A stretch of DNA of 64,000 nt from an uncultured Gammaproteobacteria bacterium (GTDB taxonomy: Bacteria; Patescibacteriota; Patescibacteriia; UBA9934), in the NCBI GenBank assembly GCA_964582615.1, contig CAZORP010000002.1, forward strand, positions 38,865 through 102,864, in the 5' to 3' direction. Made by a program: the position numbers and the translations under genes. The notes beneath the pieces are model-generated. The model was given only the letters and a program-made list of their open reading frames with translations. It was not told the DNA's origin and did no database searches. This document shows, piece by piece, positions 47,359-56,409 of this stretch (its first letter is position 1; each line of letters begins with the position of its first letter).

Positions 47359-48571
47359 TTGTTGAAGTTTGTATAGCTAGCGCAAGGAAAAAGAGTGTGA
47401 GAAAGGCAAGGTCGTTCTTAAGGAAAGGAACGTCAACGAGTCCGTGAATGAGAAGTGTGAGTATTGCAGGAGCCCATAAGGCGCTCTCAGGAAGGTCTTT
47501 TGTAAGAAATATAAGACGCACAAGCCACGCGGAGATGCAAAGAAGAGAGAGTGCTCCAAAAAGACCATACTCAACCCAAAAGTTTAGGATCCAAGTGTGG
47601 GGATATTGAAAGAGCTCATACTCCTTGGCGATGTGGTAGGGAATAAGTGCTGAGGGAAAGTTTCCTATTCCCGCACCAAGTATTGGGGCGTCACGAAGAA
47701 GGTTAATGGTCTCTCCCCATTGAGACCGTCTAACCATACCGGAGTCGTCACAAAGAAATATTTTTGCTCGGATATCTCCAAAGAGAAGACTCCCACTAAA
47801 AAGAAGAAAACCACTCAAGAGTATGAGTTGCTTGTGGCGTTGTTTTTTTGTAGACAACCAAATCCACACTGCGAGCGAAAGAATGATTGCAAGAATTCCT
47901 GCTTCGGTTTTTGCAAGCACTACGCCAAGAAACATCCAAAGGCTTGCGAGTATGAGAAGAATGCGTTCTCGTGTGATGTTGTTCCTTATCGCGAGCGCTA
48001 TTCCTGAGGCAATAAGAGGCGATAGGAAGAGTCCAAGAGCATTGGGGTAGGGAAAGATGCTTGTACTGCGTCGTTCTGCGAGCCAGGCGATAGGAAGACT
48101 TGTTCCGCTTATATATTGAAAAACTGCAAAGGCTGTTAGTACACAACCGCAGAGCATGAGTGAAAAAAGCCCATATCGACGATCTTCTTGATGTATGAGA
48201 GTTGCTCTAACAATAAAAAGAAACAGCGTCGGTTCAAGAAGATAAGCTCTCCAGAGCCCAAGTGACGAGAGAAGACTCTCTTGAGGAACAATGAGAAAAC
48301 TCGTAAAAAGAGGAATGATTATAAAAAGTAGGGTGGTACCCATTTGTCGAAGTATCTTGTTTTTTTGAGGATGCTTTGCGAGATCTATCATCCAGAAAAA
48401 TGTGAGAATAAAAAAGATTCCCTCAAGAAATGTTGTTGGAAGTGGTCCAATATTGTAGCGAATGAGGTAAGTGGGAAGTAGGCCGAGAAAAAGTAAGACT
48501 CCATCGCGAAGGCGATAAGCTGTGACAATGGCAAAGCCTAAAAGGCCAAGCACTATAAGAAGTGTCGTCAT
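47342..48571 (-). CDS. O-antigen ligase-like (Wzy_C family) polytopic membrane protein
   Basis: About 10 transmembrane helices with a central large periplasmic loop. Confidence 0.55.
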   Translation of the reverse strand: MTTLLIVLGLLGFAIVTAYRLRDGVLLFLGLLPTYLIRYNIGPLPTTFLEGIFFILTFFWMIDLAKHPQKNKILRQMGTTLLFIIIPLFTSFLIVPQESLLSSLGLWRAYLLEPTLFLFIVRATLIHQEDRRYGLFSLMLCGCVLTAFAVFQYISGTSLPIAWLAERRSTSIFPYPNALGLFLSPLIASGIALAIRNNITRERILLILASLWMFLGVVLAKTEAGILAIILSLAVWIWLSTKKQRHKQLILLSGFLLFSGSLLFGDIRAKIFLCDDSGMVRRSQWGETINLLRDAPILGAGIGNFPSALIPYHIAKEYELFQYPHTWILNFWVEYGLFGALSLLCISAWLVRLIFLTKDLPESALWAPAILTLLIHGLVDVPFLKNDLAFLTLFFLALAIQTSTTKKLA

Positions 48572-50040
48572 AGATCGTGAGCATTTGCGAAGAAGAGTTT
48601 TTTGTATTCTCCAAGATAGCGCTGTTTAAGTGTTCCAAGAGCAATGGCGTAGCTTGCGATGCCAAAAAAGAATAGTGGGAGGATGGCGGTTGGAAAAAAA
48701 TATTGCCCCGCCAGAAGAATAAGGGACATGAAGATACTTGCTCGTAGTGCGGGAAATATCACGCGAAGAGAAAACTTCTCTTTCCAAGATCTTCGAATAG
48801 TTACAAGTGCAAGTAGTGCTATGGAGAATTCTGAAAGAAGCGTAACAAGCGAGGCTCCCCAGGCTCCATACGTAGGGATGAGCCATACGTAACCAAAAAG
48901 CGCACCAAGTGCAACGGCAATGTAGCACCATGTCATGCGATGTTGCTCTTGTACTGCAACAACAACGTGTCCAAAAAGCGTTCCAAAAAACACGCATACT
49001 GCCGCGGGAACAAGGACGTGAAGAAGTTCTCCTGCAAGAAAAAGATCAGATTTTAGTACAAGCATGAGCTTTGGTCCGAGAATCCATCCACCAAAAAGCA
49101 GGGGGAGGCCAAGGAAAATAAAAAGATCAAATGTTTTCTGAAGGTACTGGGTGAAGCGCGTGGTATCACCTTCTGACCAAAGTCTACTTAAAAGAGGAAG
49201 AAGAAGTCCCATAAAAGTCATGGGAACCATGGTGAGAATTTCAACGACTTTATATGCCGCGGCATATTGCCCGATCTCCTCACTTGTTCTTCCAAGAATC
49301 CAAAGAAAAAGAATGTCTCCCTTGAGGTAGAGAAGGTTGAAGAATATGGAGATGGCGATGGGCCAACTTCGGTAGATAATTGAACGCCAGAGTGATATTT
49401 CGCAACGCGGACGAAGTGGGGTAATGGTACGTGCGTAAAGAAACATCACAGAACACTGGGCTAGTGAGCCAATGGTAAATGCCAGTGTAGCAAGAAGAAG
49501 CGATGGATGATACGCGCCAACAAGAATAATTCCCCCAAGGCTGAGCGCTCGATTGAGCATCTCAGCAAAAACCGGAATACCAAGAGAAAGCCGTTTTTGA
49601 AAAACGCCAAGGAGCATTTGTCCAAGGGATCCAAAGAAATAGGTTAGCGATGCGGCGATAATAAGAGGGAGGAGTTCTTGCTCGTTTTTTGCAAAAAGAA
49701 AGAAGAGAAGTGGTGCAAGTGACATGAAGACTCCCGCGCTGAGAATACGAAGACCGAAAAGATTTCCAAGAATACGTTCTTCGTCCGCACCCTTTTCTGC
49801 AATCATCTGCGCTGTAGTGATAGTGAGACCGAAGTCAACAACAATGGAAAAGAATGTAACGTATGTGAGCGCTGTGGAAAATATCCCGTAACCTTCTGGG
49901 TGAAAAATCCGCAACATGAGAGAAAATGTTGCAAGTCCAAAGAGTACGCCGAGAAGCTTCCCGAAGATGTGAAGGAGTGAGCTTTTTGCAAGGGATCCCA
50001 TAGTTCTTGGTATACTAGCATTATATGCGTTTTTGGACAC
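48568..50040 (-). CDS. Polysaccharide/oligosaccharide flippase (Wzx/MOP family)
   Basis: 490 aa, about 12-14 transmembrane helices, MOP-like N-terminus. Confidence 0.65.
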   Translation of the reverse strand: MSKNAYNASIPRTMGSLAKSSLLHIFGKLLGVLFGLATFSLMLRIFHPEGYGIFSTALTYVTFFSIVVDFGLTITTAQMIAEKGADEERILGNLFGLRILSAGVFMSLAPLLFFLFAKNEQELLPLIIAASLTYFFGSLGQMLLGVFQKRLSLGIPVFAEMLNRALSLGGIILVGAYHPSLLLATLAFTIGSLAQCSVMFLYARTITPLRPRCEISLWRSIIYRSWPIAISIFFNLLYLKGDILFLWILGRTSEEIGQYAAAYKVVEILTMVPMTFMGLLLPLLSRLWSEGDTTRFTQYLQKTFDLFIFLGLPLLFGGWILGPKLMLVLKSDLFLAGELLHVLVPAAVCVFFGTLFGHVVVAVQEQHRMTWCYIAVALGALFGYVWLIPTYGAWGASLVTLLSEFSIALLALVTIRRSWKEKFSLRVIFPALRASIFMSLILLAGQYFFPTAILPLFFFGIASYAIALGTLKQRYLGEYKKLFFANAHDL

Positions 50041-51875
50041 GTTTTTCTACGACGGTGAGTATCGCAGTGGCACTTCTTTCTGGAGGAATATTTCACGTTC
50101 CTTTTGTGCAGGCGGCCGCACTTGAGGCGGAGTCGTCAGCGGTGCTCGATGATGTTGATGCGATTCTTGAGCCTGGTCAATTGGTAACGGTAAAAGCAAA
50201 TTTTACCAATACAGGAACGTTGTCTTGGAAAAACGATGGTCAGGGATATGTTTCGTTGTACACTTTTGAGCCAAAGTATCGCATAAGCGCATGCGATCCG
50301 GGAACGTGGCTTTCGCCGGAGCAGATTCGTCGCATTGAGCAGGAGAGTGTTCTTCCGGGTGGTCGCGCGTCAATTTCCTTCGCCCTTCGTGCTCCTCAAG
50401 AGGAGGGGGATTATACGGAAACATTTTCGCTCGCCTCGGAAGATACGGCATGGATTTCCGGGGGAGTTATAAAAGTTTCTTTCACCGTGAAAGTTAAAGA
50501 GAATACGTCAAAAGAAGAAGTTACCACAACGCAAACGCAAGAGGTTGTACAGGAGGAGAAGCTCACGTCGGCGAGTTCACTAGCTTCTGTGCAAACCGCT
50601 CAGGTGAAGGCGGGGAAATATCTTGCTGTTAATTTTCTTTTAAAAAACACGGGAGAAACATCTCTTCGCGATCTCACGCTTCGCGACACCTCTTCCTACT
50701 ATATCCCAAGGACAAATGAAGATCTTGTTTTTGGGGGAGATCAGCGTTCTCCTTCGAGAATTCTCGGCGCAATAAATGATGAATTAGTTCCGGGATCGAC
50801 ACTTGCGATGACAGGAATGATTTTCTCTCCCGAAATAGAAGGAGAGTATCGCGTTCCCTACGCATTTTTCTCGGAAGGCGAGGAGATTCCCGGATCGTCG
50901 GGTGAAATTATCCTTCGAGTAATTGAAGGCGATCGCGCTCGCGGTGATGCGCTTCCTAGAATTCGAGAAGATGTAGCGACTGAAGAAGTCTTCTCCCAAG
51001 AAGAGCCTGATATTCGTGTTGGCGTTCTTCTTGTTGATGAGGAGACGAATTGGGAGGTTGTTATTGGATCTTACGAGTCCGACGTTGATGTGTATACAGC
51101 CACAGGTGAGCTTCTTCAGGAAATTCCCAAGGGAACTTTTCTCAGGGCGGCGTATGAGCACGGAGCGTATGTCTATGGATCTGGAGGCTCCGCCAAGACG
51201 ACGTCATCTCCAATAAGATTCATTCCTCGTCAAAAAAACGCCGTTCTTGAAATTAAGAATTTTGACAGAAGAATAACTCGCGATACGCAATACGCAAATA
51301 ATACCTTTAGAAACATTCTTGAGCTTCGATATAACGAAGACAAGGATAGAACGTGGATTATCAATGAGCTTCCCATCGAATTCTATCTTCGCGGACTTGC
51401 TGAAACTTCAAACTCATCTCCTGAAGAATTTCAAAAAGCTCTACTTACGGCGGCAAGAACCTATGCGTACTACCACATGCTTAATCCTGGAAAGCACGCT
51501 GCTGAGGGGTATCACGTTGATGCATATCGCGATCAGGTGTATTGGGGTTACGGACAGGAAGAGCGAAATCCCGGAATAACTCAAGGCGTCGAAGCTTCTC
51601 GAGGGACGTTGGTGTTTTATGGGGATGAGCTCGCGGTGACATCGTATTTTTCTCGATCCGATGGAAGGACGAGGAATTGGAGCGATGTTTGGGGAAGGGA
51701 CGTTCCCTATGCAGTGTCAGTTCCTGTTCCTTGCGACGTGGGAAAGACCCTCTGGGGTCATGGTGTTGGAATGTCAGCATCGGGAGCGATTTGTATGGCA
51801 AATGAGGGAAGTTCCTGGGAGGATATCCTTCACTATTTCTACACCGGTGTTACCCTCAAAAAGACTTGGAAATAA
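50025..51875 (+). CDS. SpoIID/LytB-domain protein with a signal peptide and N-terminal beta-rich domains
   Basis: C-terminal SpoIID signature ...YYHMLNPGKHAAEGYHVDAYRDQVYWGYGQE...SRSDGRTRNWSDVWG. Confidence 0.7.
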   Translation: MRFWTRFSTTVSIAVALLSGGIFHVPFVQAAALEAESSAVLDDVDAILEPGQLVTVKANFTNTGTLSWKNDGQGYVSLYTFEPKYRISACDPGTWLSPEQIRRIEQESVLPGGRASISFALRAPQEEGDYTETFSLASEDTAWISGGVIKVSFTVKVKENTSKEEVTTTQTQEVVQEEKLTSASSLASVQTAQVKAGKYLAVNFLLKNTGETSLRDLTLRDTSSYYIPRTNEDLVFGGDQRSPSRILGAINDELVPGSTLAMTGMIFSPEIEGEYRVPYAFFSEGEEIPGSSGEIILRVIEGDRARGDALPRIREDVATEEVFSQEEPDIRVGVLLVDEETNWEVVIGSYESDVDVYTATGELLQEIPKGTFLRAAYEHGAYVYGSGGSAKTTSSPIRFIPRQKNAVLEIKNFDRRITRDTQYANNTFRNILELRYNEDKDRTWIINELPIEFYLRGLAETSNSSPEEFQKALLTAARTYAYYHMLNPGKHAAEGYHVDAYRDQVYWGYGQEERNPGITQGVEASRGTLVFYGDELAVTSYFSRSDGRTRNWSDVWGRDVPYAVSVPVPCDVGKTLWGHGVGMSASGAICMANEGSSWEDILHYFYTGVTLKKTWK

Positions 51876-51904
51876 AAAATACCGCCATGAGCGGTATTTT
51901 TTAT
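51872..51904. terminator. Bidirectional terminator
   Basis: aaaaaATACCGCcatgaGCGGTATttttt. Confidence 0.6.
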
Positions 51905-52446
51905 GAGCTGTGCTTGTGTTCGTGTTTGCAAATGGTAATGAGTTCGCCGATTTTTATTTTTATCGTATCGGGATTGTCGATATTTTTAAAGAGGAAGCGC
52001 TCTCTGCTTGCCGCGGTTTGAATGTAGACGTTTCCAAAGGTGAGGAATGTTCCAAGGAGTCCGATTTGTTCACTGGTAATGTCTTGGATTTGTTTAAGAT
52101 GAACTTCTGAAACAATGCGATTAAAAAGTCCGTGCTGTTCAGAGTTGATAATGCGCTCATTGGTAACAATCCAGACATCAAGCCAGTAGTCGGTTATTTC
52201 GGTGATGGTTACCGTTGCAACGATAAGAAGGTAGCTTCCTAAAAGTGAAATAACAAGAGGGTAAAAAATATGGTGCGTGATGAGTATGGAGTCAAAGAAG
52301 ACAAGTGTTCCTCCAACAAATACCGGTGCAAGAAAAAGAATTCCTGAAACACTTATAAAACGCAGAACATCAATCCAGTGTCGACGAAGAAAGAGCTCAA
52401 CTTTTTCTCCCGGACGGCCATTGGGAAGGCTATTAAGATGCATCAT
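51901..52446 (-). CDS. Bacterial PH-domain (YdbT/bPH_2-like) membrane protein
   Basis: Two transmembrane helices followed by a PH-like domain. Confidence 0.5.
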   Translation of the reverse strand: MMHLNSLPNGRPGEKVELFLRRHWIDVLRFISVSGILFLAPVFVGGTLVFFDSILITHHIFYPLVISLLGSYLLIVATVTITEITDYWLDVWIVTNERIINSEQHGLFNRIVSEVHLKQIQDITSEQIGLLGTFLTFGNVYIQTAASRERFLFKNIDNPDTIKIKIGELITICKHEHKHSS

Positions 52447-52751
52447 AGACCAAAGGAAGAAGACCGACTTGATGTCGGAAGAAGTTCATTAAGAGAAAAA
52501 GATCCATCCCACGAAATGTTTCCTAAAAGAAGGAGTGTTCCAAGGAGAATTACCGCGTAAAGAGCTACGTAAAGCATGATGAGTGAAATTGTGCCCCAAC
52601 CCTCAATGCCATACCTCCAAAGGTGAAAAATGTTGAAAAAAAGAAACACGCCTCCAAAAAGCGCTGCTGCCGCAAGCGGAATGAGAAGGACGATATAGGG
52701 AATATCCATATGAAAAAGTATAGCAGGTTTAAACTTCGCGAAGTTTTCCAA
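52443..52751 (-). CDS. Small membrane protein
   Basis: 102 aa with three hydrophobic helices. Confidence 0.35.
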   Translation of the reverse strand: MENFAKFKPAILFHMDIPYIVLLIPLAAAALFGGVFLFFNIFHLWRYGIEGWGTISLIMLYVALYAVILLGTLLLLGNISWDGSFSLNELLPTSSRSSSFGL

Positions 52752-53757
52752 GGTGCGTATAGGCTTTTGAAGTCGCTACGCGTCCACGAGGGGTTCGCTC
52801 GAGAAAGCCTATTTGTAAGAGGTAAGGCTCGTAAACTTCTTCAATGGTTGCGGGTTCTTCTTGCGTTGCCGCCGCGAGCGTTGTGAGTCCAACGGGTCCT
52901 CCTTGGAAATGATCAATAAGCGCAAGGAGCAATCGACGATCGGAGATGTCGAGGCCAAGCGGATCTATCGCTAAAAGATCAAGTGCGGTTTGTGCAACTT
53001 CTCGAGTGATGATCCCGTCATTTTTTACTTGGGCAAAATCTCGAACGCGTTTAAGAAGACGGTTAGCAATGCGAGGAGTTTTTCTTGCGCGTTCCGCAAT
53101 AGCTTGCGCGGAATGATGATCAAGTGAAAAACCAAGTAGTGCGGCGCTTCTTGTTACAATGCGCTCCATGTCTTCATCGGTATAAAACTCAAGTTGAAAA
53201 ATGCTTCCAAATCGATCGCGTAGTGGGGCTGAAAGTAATGAAAGTCGCGTGGTCGCACCCACGATGGTAAAAGGCTCGAGAGTGAGTCGAAGTGTTCTTG
53301 CGGTTGGTCCTTTTCCAACGACAACATCAAGGCAAAAGTCTTCCATTGCTGGATACAGAACCTCCTCGATAGCCTTATTCATGCGATGAATTTCGTCGAT
53401 AAAAAGAATATCGCCACGTTGCAGGTTGGAAAGAATAGCGGCGAGATCCCCCACGCGTTCAAGTGCCGGTCCGCTAGTTACTCGAACAGTGCTCTCCATC
53501 TCTCGTCCAATGATATGGGCAAGAGTTGTTTTTCCAAGTCCAGGATTTCCATAGAGAAGAAGATGTTCAAGCGGCTCTTTTCGGCTCTTTGCAGCGGCTA
53601 TGGAAATATCAAGATTTGCTCGAAGATTTTTTTGACCAATAAAATCACTTAATCGCTGTGGTCGAAGGGTGATCTCTTGTTGTTGTTCTTGCTCTTGAAC
53701 TTCTGGAGCGATTTCGCGCTGAGGTTCTTGGGGGGGTGCGTGTTCCTCGATTGCCAT
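52729..53757 (-). CDS. ruvB: Holliday junction branch-migration helicase RuvB (start at MAIEEHAPP)
   Basis: Walker [24 protein letters not shown], sensor motifs. Confidence 0.9.
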   Translation of the reverse strand: MAIEEHAPPQEPQREIAPEVQEQEQQQEITLRPQRLSDFIGQKNLRANLDISIAAAKSRKEPLEHLLLYGNPGLGKTTLAHIIGREMESTVRVTSGPALERVGDLAAILSNLQRGDILFIDEIHRMNKAIEEVLYPAMEDFCLDVVVGKGPTARTLRLTLEPFTIVGATTRLSLLSAPLRDRFGSIFQLEFYTDEDMERIVTRSAALLGFSLDHHSAQAIAERARKTPRIANRLLKRVRDFAQVKNDGIITREVAQTALDLLAIDPLGLDISDRRLLLALIDHFQGGPVGLTTLAAATQEEPATIEEVYEPYLLQIGFLERTPRGRVATSKAYTHLGKLREV

Positions 53758-53848
53758 AGGAGGACATTCTATCGGTTTTTGTTCGGTATGCCCATGAGGG
53801 TTGCGGAAAAGCGTAAAACATGAAAAAATACCCATCGTTAAATGATGA

Positions 53849-53934
53849 GCCGGGGTGATGGAATGGTAGACATAGGGGACTTAAAATCCCCAGGCAGAAA
53901 TGCCGTGCGGGTTCAATTCCCGCCCTCGGTACCA
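53849..53934 (+). tRNA. tRNA-Leu (anticodon TAA), type II, CCA encoded
   Basis: GCCGGGG...GGGGA-CTTAAAA-TCCCC-long variable arm-GCGGG-TTCAATT-CCCGC-CCTCGGT-A-CCA. Confidence 0.8.
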
Positions 53935-53983
53935 AAAGCGTCTTTACGGGCGCTTTTTTATGTAAGAAAAATTTTGCTAGACT

Positions 53984-54481
53984 GTGGTATCTATGGAAAA
54001 ACAATTTCGTCAGAATGCGGCGGTGATCATTATCAATAGCAAACAGCAGGTACTGCTTTGCGAACGAGGATTTCCTGGATATGCTGAAAGAACTTTGCAA
54101 ACCGTGCAAGGTGGTATTGATCCTGGAGAAACGCCGCAAGAAGCGGCTGAGCGAGAGCTCTGCGAAGAGCTTGGTGTTACTTCTCAGGACTTTGTTATTC
54201 TCAAAAAACTTCCAGAAACATTTTCGTACGAATGGCCAAAGGAGTACATTGAAGAGTCTCGAGAAAAATATCCAAATAATCCCTATATCGGACAAGAACA
54301 GCATTTTTTTCTTGCACGCATGAGGGATGATGTTCACTTTAATCTTGACGCAACACATCGAGAGTTTGATCGAGTGTATTGGGGGAGTGCAAAAGAGCTT
54401 TATGAGGGCGTATGGGAAGCGAAGCGTCCGGGAATTTCCGCGGCATTACGTGGATTTGGCCTTATGGAGATCTCGGGATAA
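53984..54481 (+). CDS. NUDIX hydrolase
   Basis: Nudix box GGIDPGETPQEAAERELCEELGV. Confidence 0.8.
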   Translation: MVSMEKQFRQNAAVIIINSKQQVLLCERGFPGYAERTLQTVQGGIDPGETPQEAAERELCEELGVTSQDFVILKKLPETFSYEWPKEYIEESREKYPNNPYIGQEQHFFLARMRDDVHFNLDATHREFDRVYWGSAKELYEGVWEAKRPGISAALRGFGLMEISG

Positions 54482-55517
54482 TCCAAGGTTTGGCAATTGA
54501 TTGTCCAAGCCAAGATTCCGTTTTCCTCGTAAGAAGCTCTTCGTTGTCAAGAAAGACCTGACGATTCGCAATGGTGAGCGGAAGAAAAGTGACATGAAAA
54601 GCGTCTTCGTAAATAGTAACGTCAGCAAGAACACCGTGTTGCGTTTCGTATGAAAAGTCCTGATCAAAAAGAAGGTTTCCAAGAGAGTAAATAACAGGAA
54701 TTCCTGAGCGAACCTCACTCTGCTGAACGACGTGTGGGTGAGCTCCGATGATAAGATCTGCTCCTGCAGAAATCCAGACATCCGCGGCGTATTCTTGTGC
54801 TAAGCTCGGCGCGTTCTCGTACTCATTTCCCCAGTGAGGGAAGACGATGACAGTGTCTCCACGCTTTTTTGCTTCTTGAATTTCTTGAGAGAGATTTTCC
54901 GGATCTTCACCAAATGCATGAAAACCAATAAGTGTTATAGGAATTTCAGCATCAATATGTGCAGTAAAGTCTTCGCTTCTGAATGGATCGCCAAAGGGAA
55001 TGACACCTTGTTGTGCCAGTGCCAAGCGAGTTCCCTCGGTGACCTGATCTCCAAAGTCATCAGCGTGATTATTGGCAAGTGAAAGATGGGTAAAGCCTTC
55101 GCTTGCAAGTGACGGAAGATTTTTTGGAAGTGTATCGAATGCCATGACATTGGTTTTTTCAATGTGATACGCGTCTCGCACCGTTCCTTCGAAATTTGCA
55201 ATAATCGCATCGTAAGGTTGGGTAATAGCAAACTTTTCCCATGGATAAGAAGAATCGTGTTCCTCGATGCTCCACTCTACGGCTCGTGCGAGCATAATAT
55301 CTCCTCCAAAAAGAAGATGAACTTCTTTTTGCTTATTAGTCAGCACTTCTGCCCCAATAAGAGGCTCTGGTGGAGTGATGATCTTTTCCGGTGAAGAGTT
55401 CTCAGTAAAAGAAGTGGAATATGTTCGAGAAAAGAAAAACGTCGCAAAGAAGCCCAGAAAAGCGATACAGCTTATTGTGAAAAATGGCCACAAGAGCCAA
55501 CGTTTGACGTTTTCCAT
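54462..55517 (-). CDS. CapA/PGA_cap-family metallophosphatase-like protein
   Basis: LLFGGDIML...ANFEGT...LSLANNH...IGAHPHVVQ. Confidence 0.75.
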   Translation of the reverse strand: MENVKRWLLWPFFTISCIAFLGFFATFFFSRTYSTSFTENSSPEKIITPPEPLIGAEVLTNKQKEVHLLFGGDIMLARAVEWSIEEHDSSYPWEKFAITQPYDAIIANFEGTVRDAYHIEKTNVMAFDTLPKNLPSLASEGFTHLSLANNHADDFGDQVTEGTRLALAQQGVIPFGDPFRSEDFTAHIDAEIPITLIGFHAFGEDPENLSQEIQEAKKRGDTVIVFPHWGNEYENAPSLAQEYAADVWISAGADLIIGAHPHVVQQSEVRSGIPVIYSLGNLLFDQDFSYETQHGVLADVTIYEDAFHVTFLPLTIANRQVFLDNEELLTRKTESWLGQSIAKPWIIPRSP

Positions 55518-55572
55518 ACGAGGACGTATAATATGTCACGAATTGTTCATGTGCAAGCATGAATATTCTCGA

Positions 55573-55647
<75 letters not shown>

Positions 55648-55744
55648 GAAAAACCTTTCACTTCGGTGAAGGGTTTTTCTTTTTTGAGAAAAAAATTTTC
55701 AACAATAAAGCATTTTTCATGAAAAATCAAGGCATGCTATTCTG

Positions 55745-56155
55745 TTGAAGACTATGATTTCCATTCTCTTATCAGTTATTTTTAGTATTATTCTCGGATC
55801 TCTTTGGTATTCTCCAGCTACTCCCATGGGAACATACTGGATGAACGTGATGGGCTTTTCTCGTCCAAAGACCATGACCTCCGAAGTTAAAAAGAGCATG
55901 TACAGGGCATATCTCGGGTCCATGCTTTCCTCAACGATACTTTTCACTGTATATACAACACTTTCCCGCATGATTGGATCGGTGACATTGGAGGAATATC
56001 TTCTACTTGCGGGAATGTTGTGGATTGGATGTTTTGTTCCCGCGTTTGGCGGAAGTGTTCTTTGGGAGGGGAAGCCTTTCAAGCTCTATGCGGTCCATGT
56101 TGGATACTACCTCGCCCTTCTCCTTGGATGCGCAATAATTACGGCGGCGTTATAA
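55745..56155 (+). CDS. Small polytopic membrane protein (DUF1761-like)
   Basis: 136 aa with four hydrophobic helices. Preferred over the antisense ORF 55717..56082. Confidence 0.4.
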   Translation: MKTMISILLSVIFSIILGSLWYSPATPMGTYWMNVMGFSRPKTMTSEVKKSMYRAYLGSMLSSTILFTVYTTLSRMIGSVTLEEYLLLAGMLWIGCFVPAFGGSVLWEGKPFKLYAVHVGYYLALLLGCAIITAAL

Positions 56156-56160
56156 GGAAA

Positions 56161-56196
56161 GAAAAAAACCACGAGACGATGCTCGTGGTTTTTTAT
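56161..56196. terminator. Bidirectional terminator
   Basis: aaaaaaACCACGAGacgatgCTCGTGGTtttttatt. Confidence 0.6.
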
Positions 56197-56402
56197 TATG
56201 CTACCGATGGAGCGCCTTGCTCTTCGCGCATCTTTCTATACACCCAACTAATGCCGGATTTGTTTCCCACACGAAACTGATCTCGAGCAACCGAGAAAAC
56301 AAAATTTCTCAGTTCAACTTGCATATCTTCTGGCATATCAAATTTTCGCATGAGAGCTTCAAAGTTGTCTGAAATTTTTTCGTACCAAGATTGTTTTTCC
56401 AT
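56196..56402 (-). CDS. Small hypothetical protein (start at MEKQSWYEK)
   Basis: Short ORF downstream of the LTD gene. Confidence 0.3.
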   Translation of the reverse strand: MEKQSWYEKISDNFEALMRKFDMPEDMQVELRNFVFSVARDQFRVGNKSGISWVYRKMREEQGAPSVA

Positions 56403-56409
56403 AGAGAGA

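Noticed and set aside
53645-54358. 237-aa minus-strand ORF
   Set aside because: It runs antisense across tRNA-Leu(TAA) and the Nudix gene. It is Arg/Ser-rich junk.
55717-56082. 121-aa minus-strand ORF overlapping the + strand membrane-protein ORF
   Set aside because: The + strand frame has regular transmembrane-helix periodicity and sits between a tRNA and a terminator in a sensible orientation. The minus frame was judged less likely.
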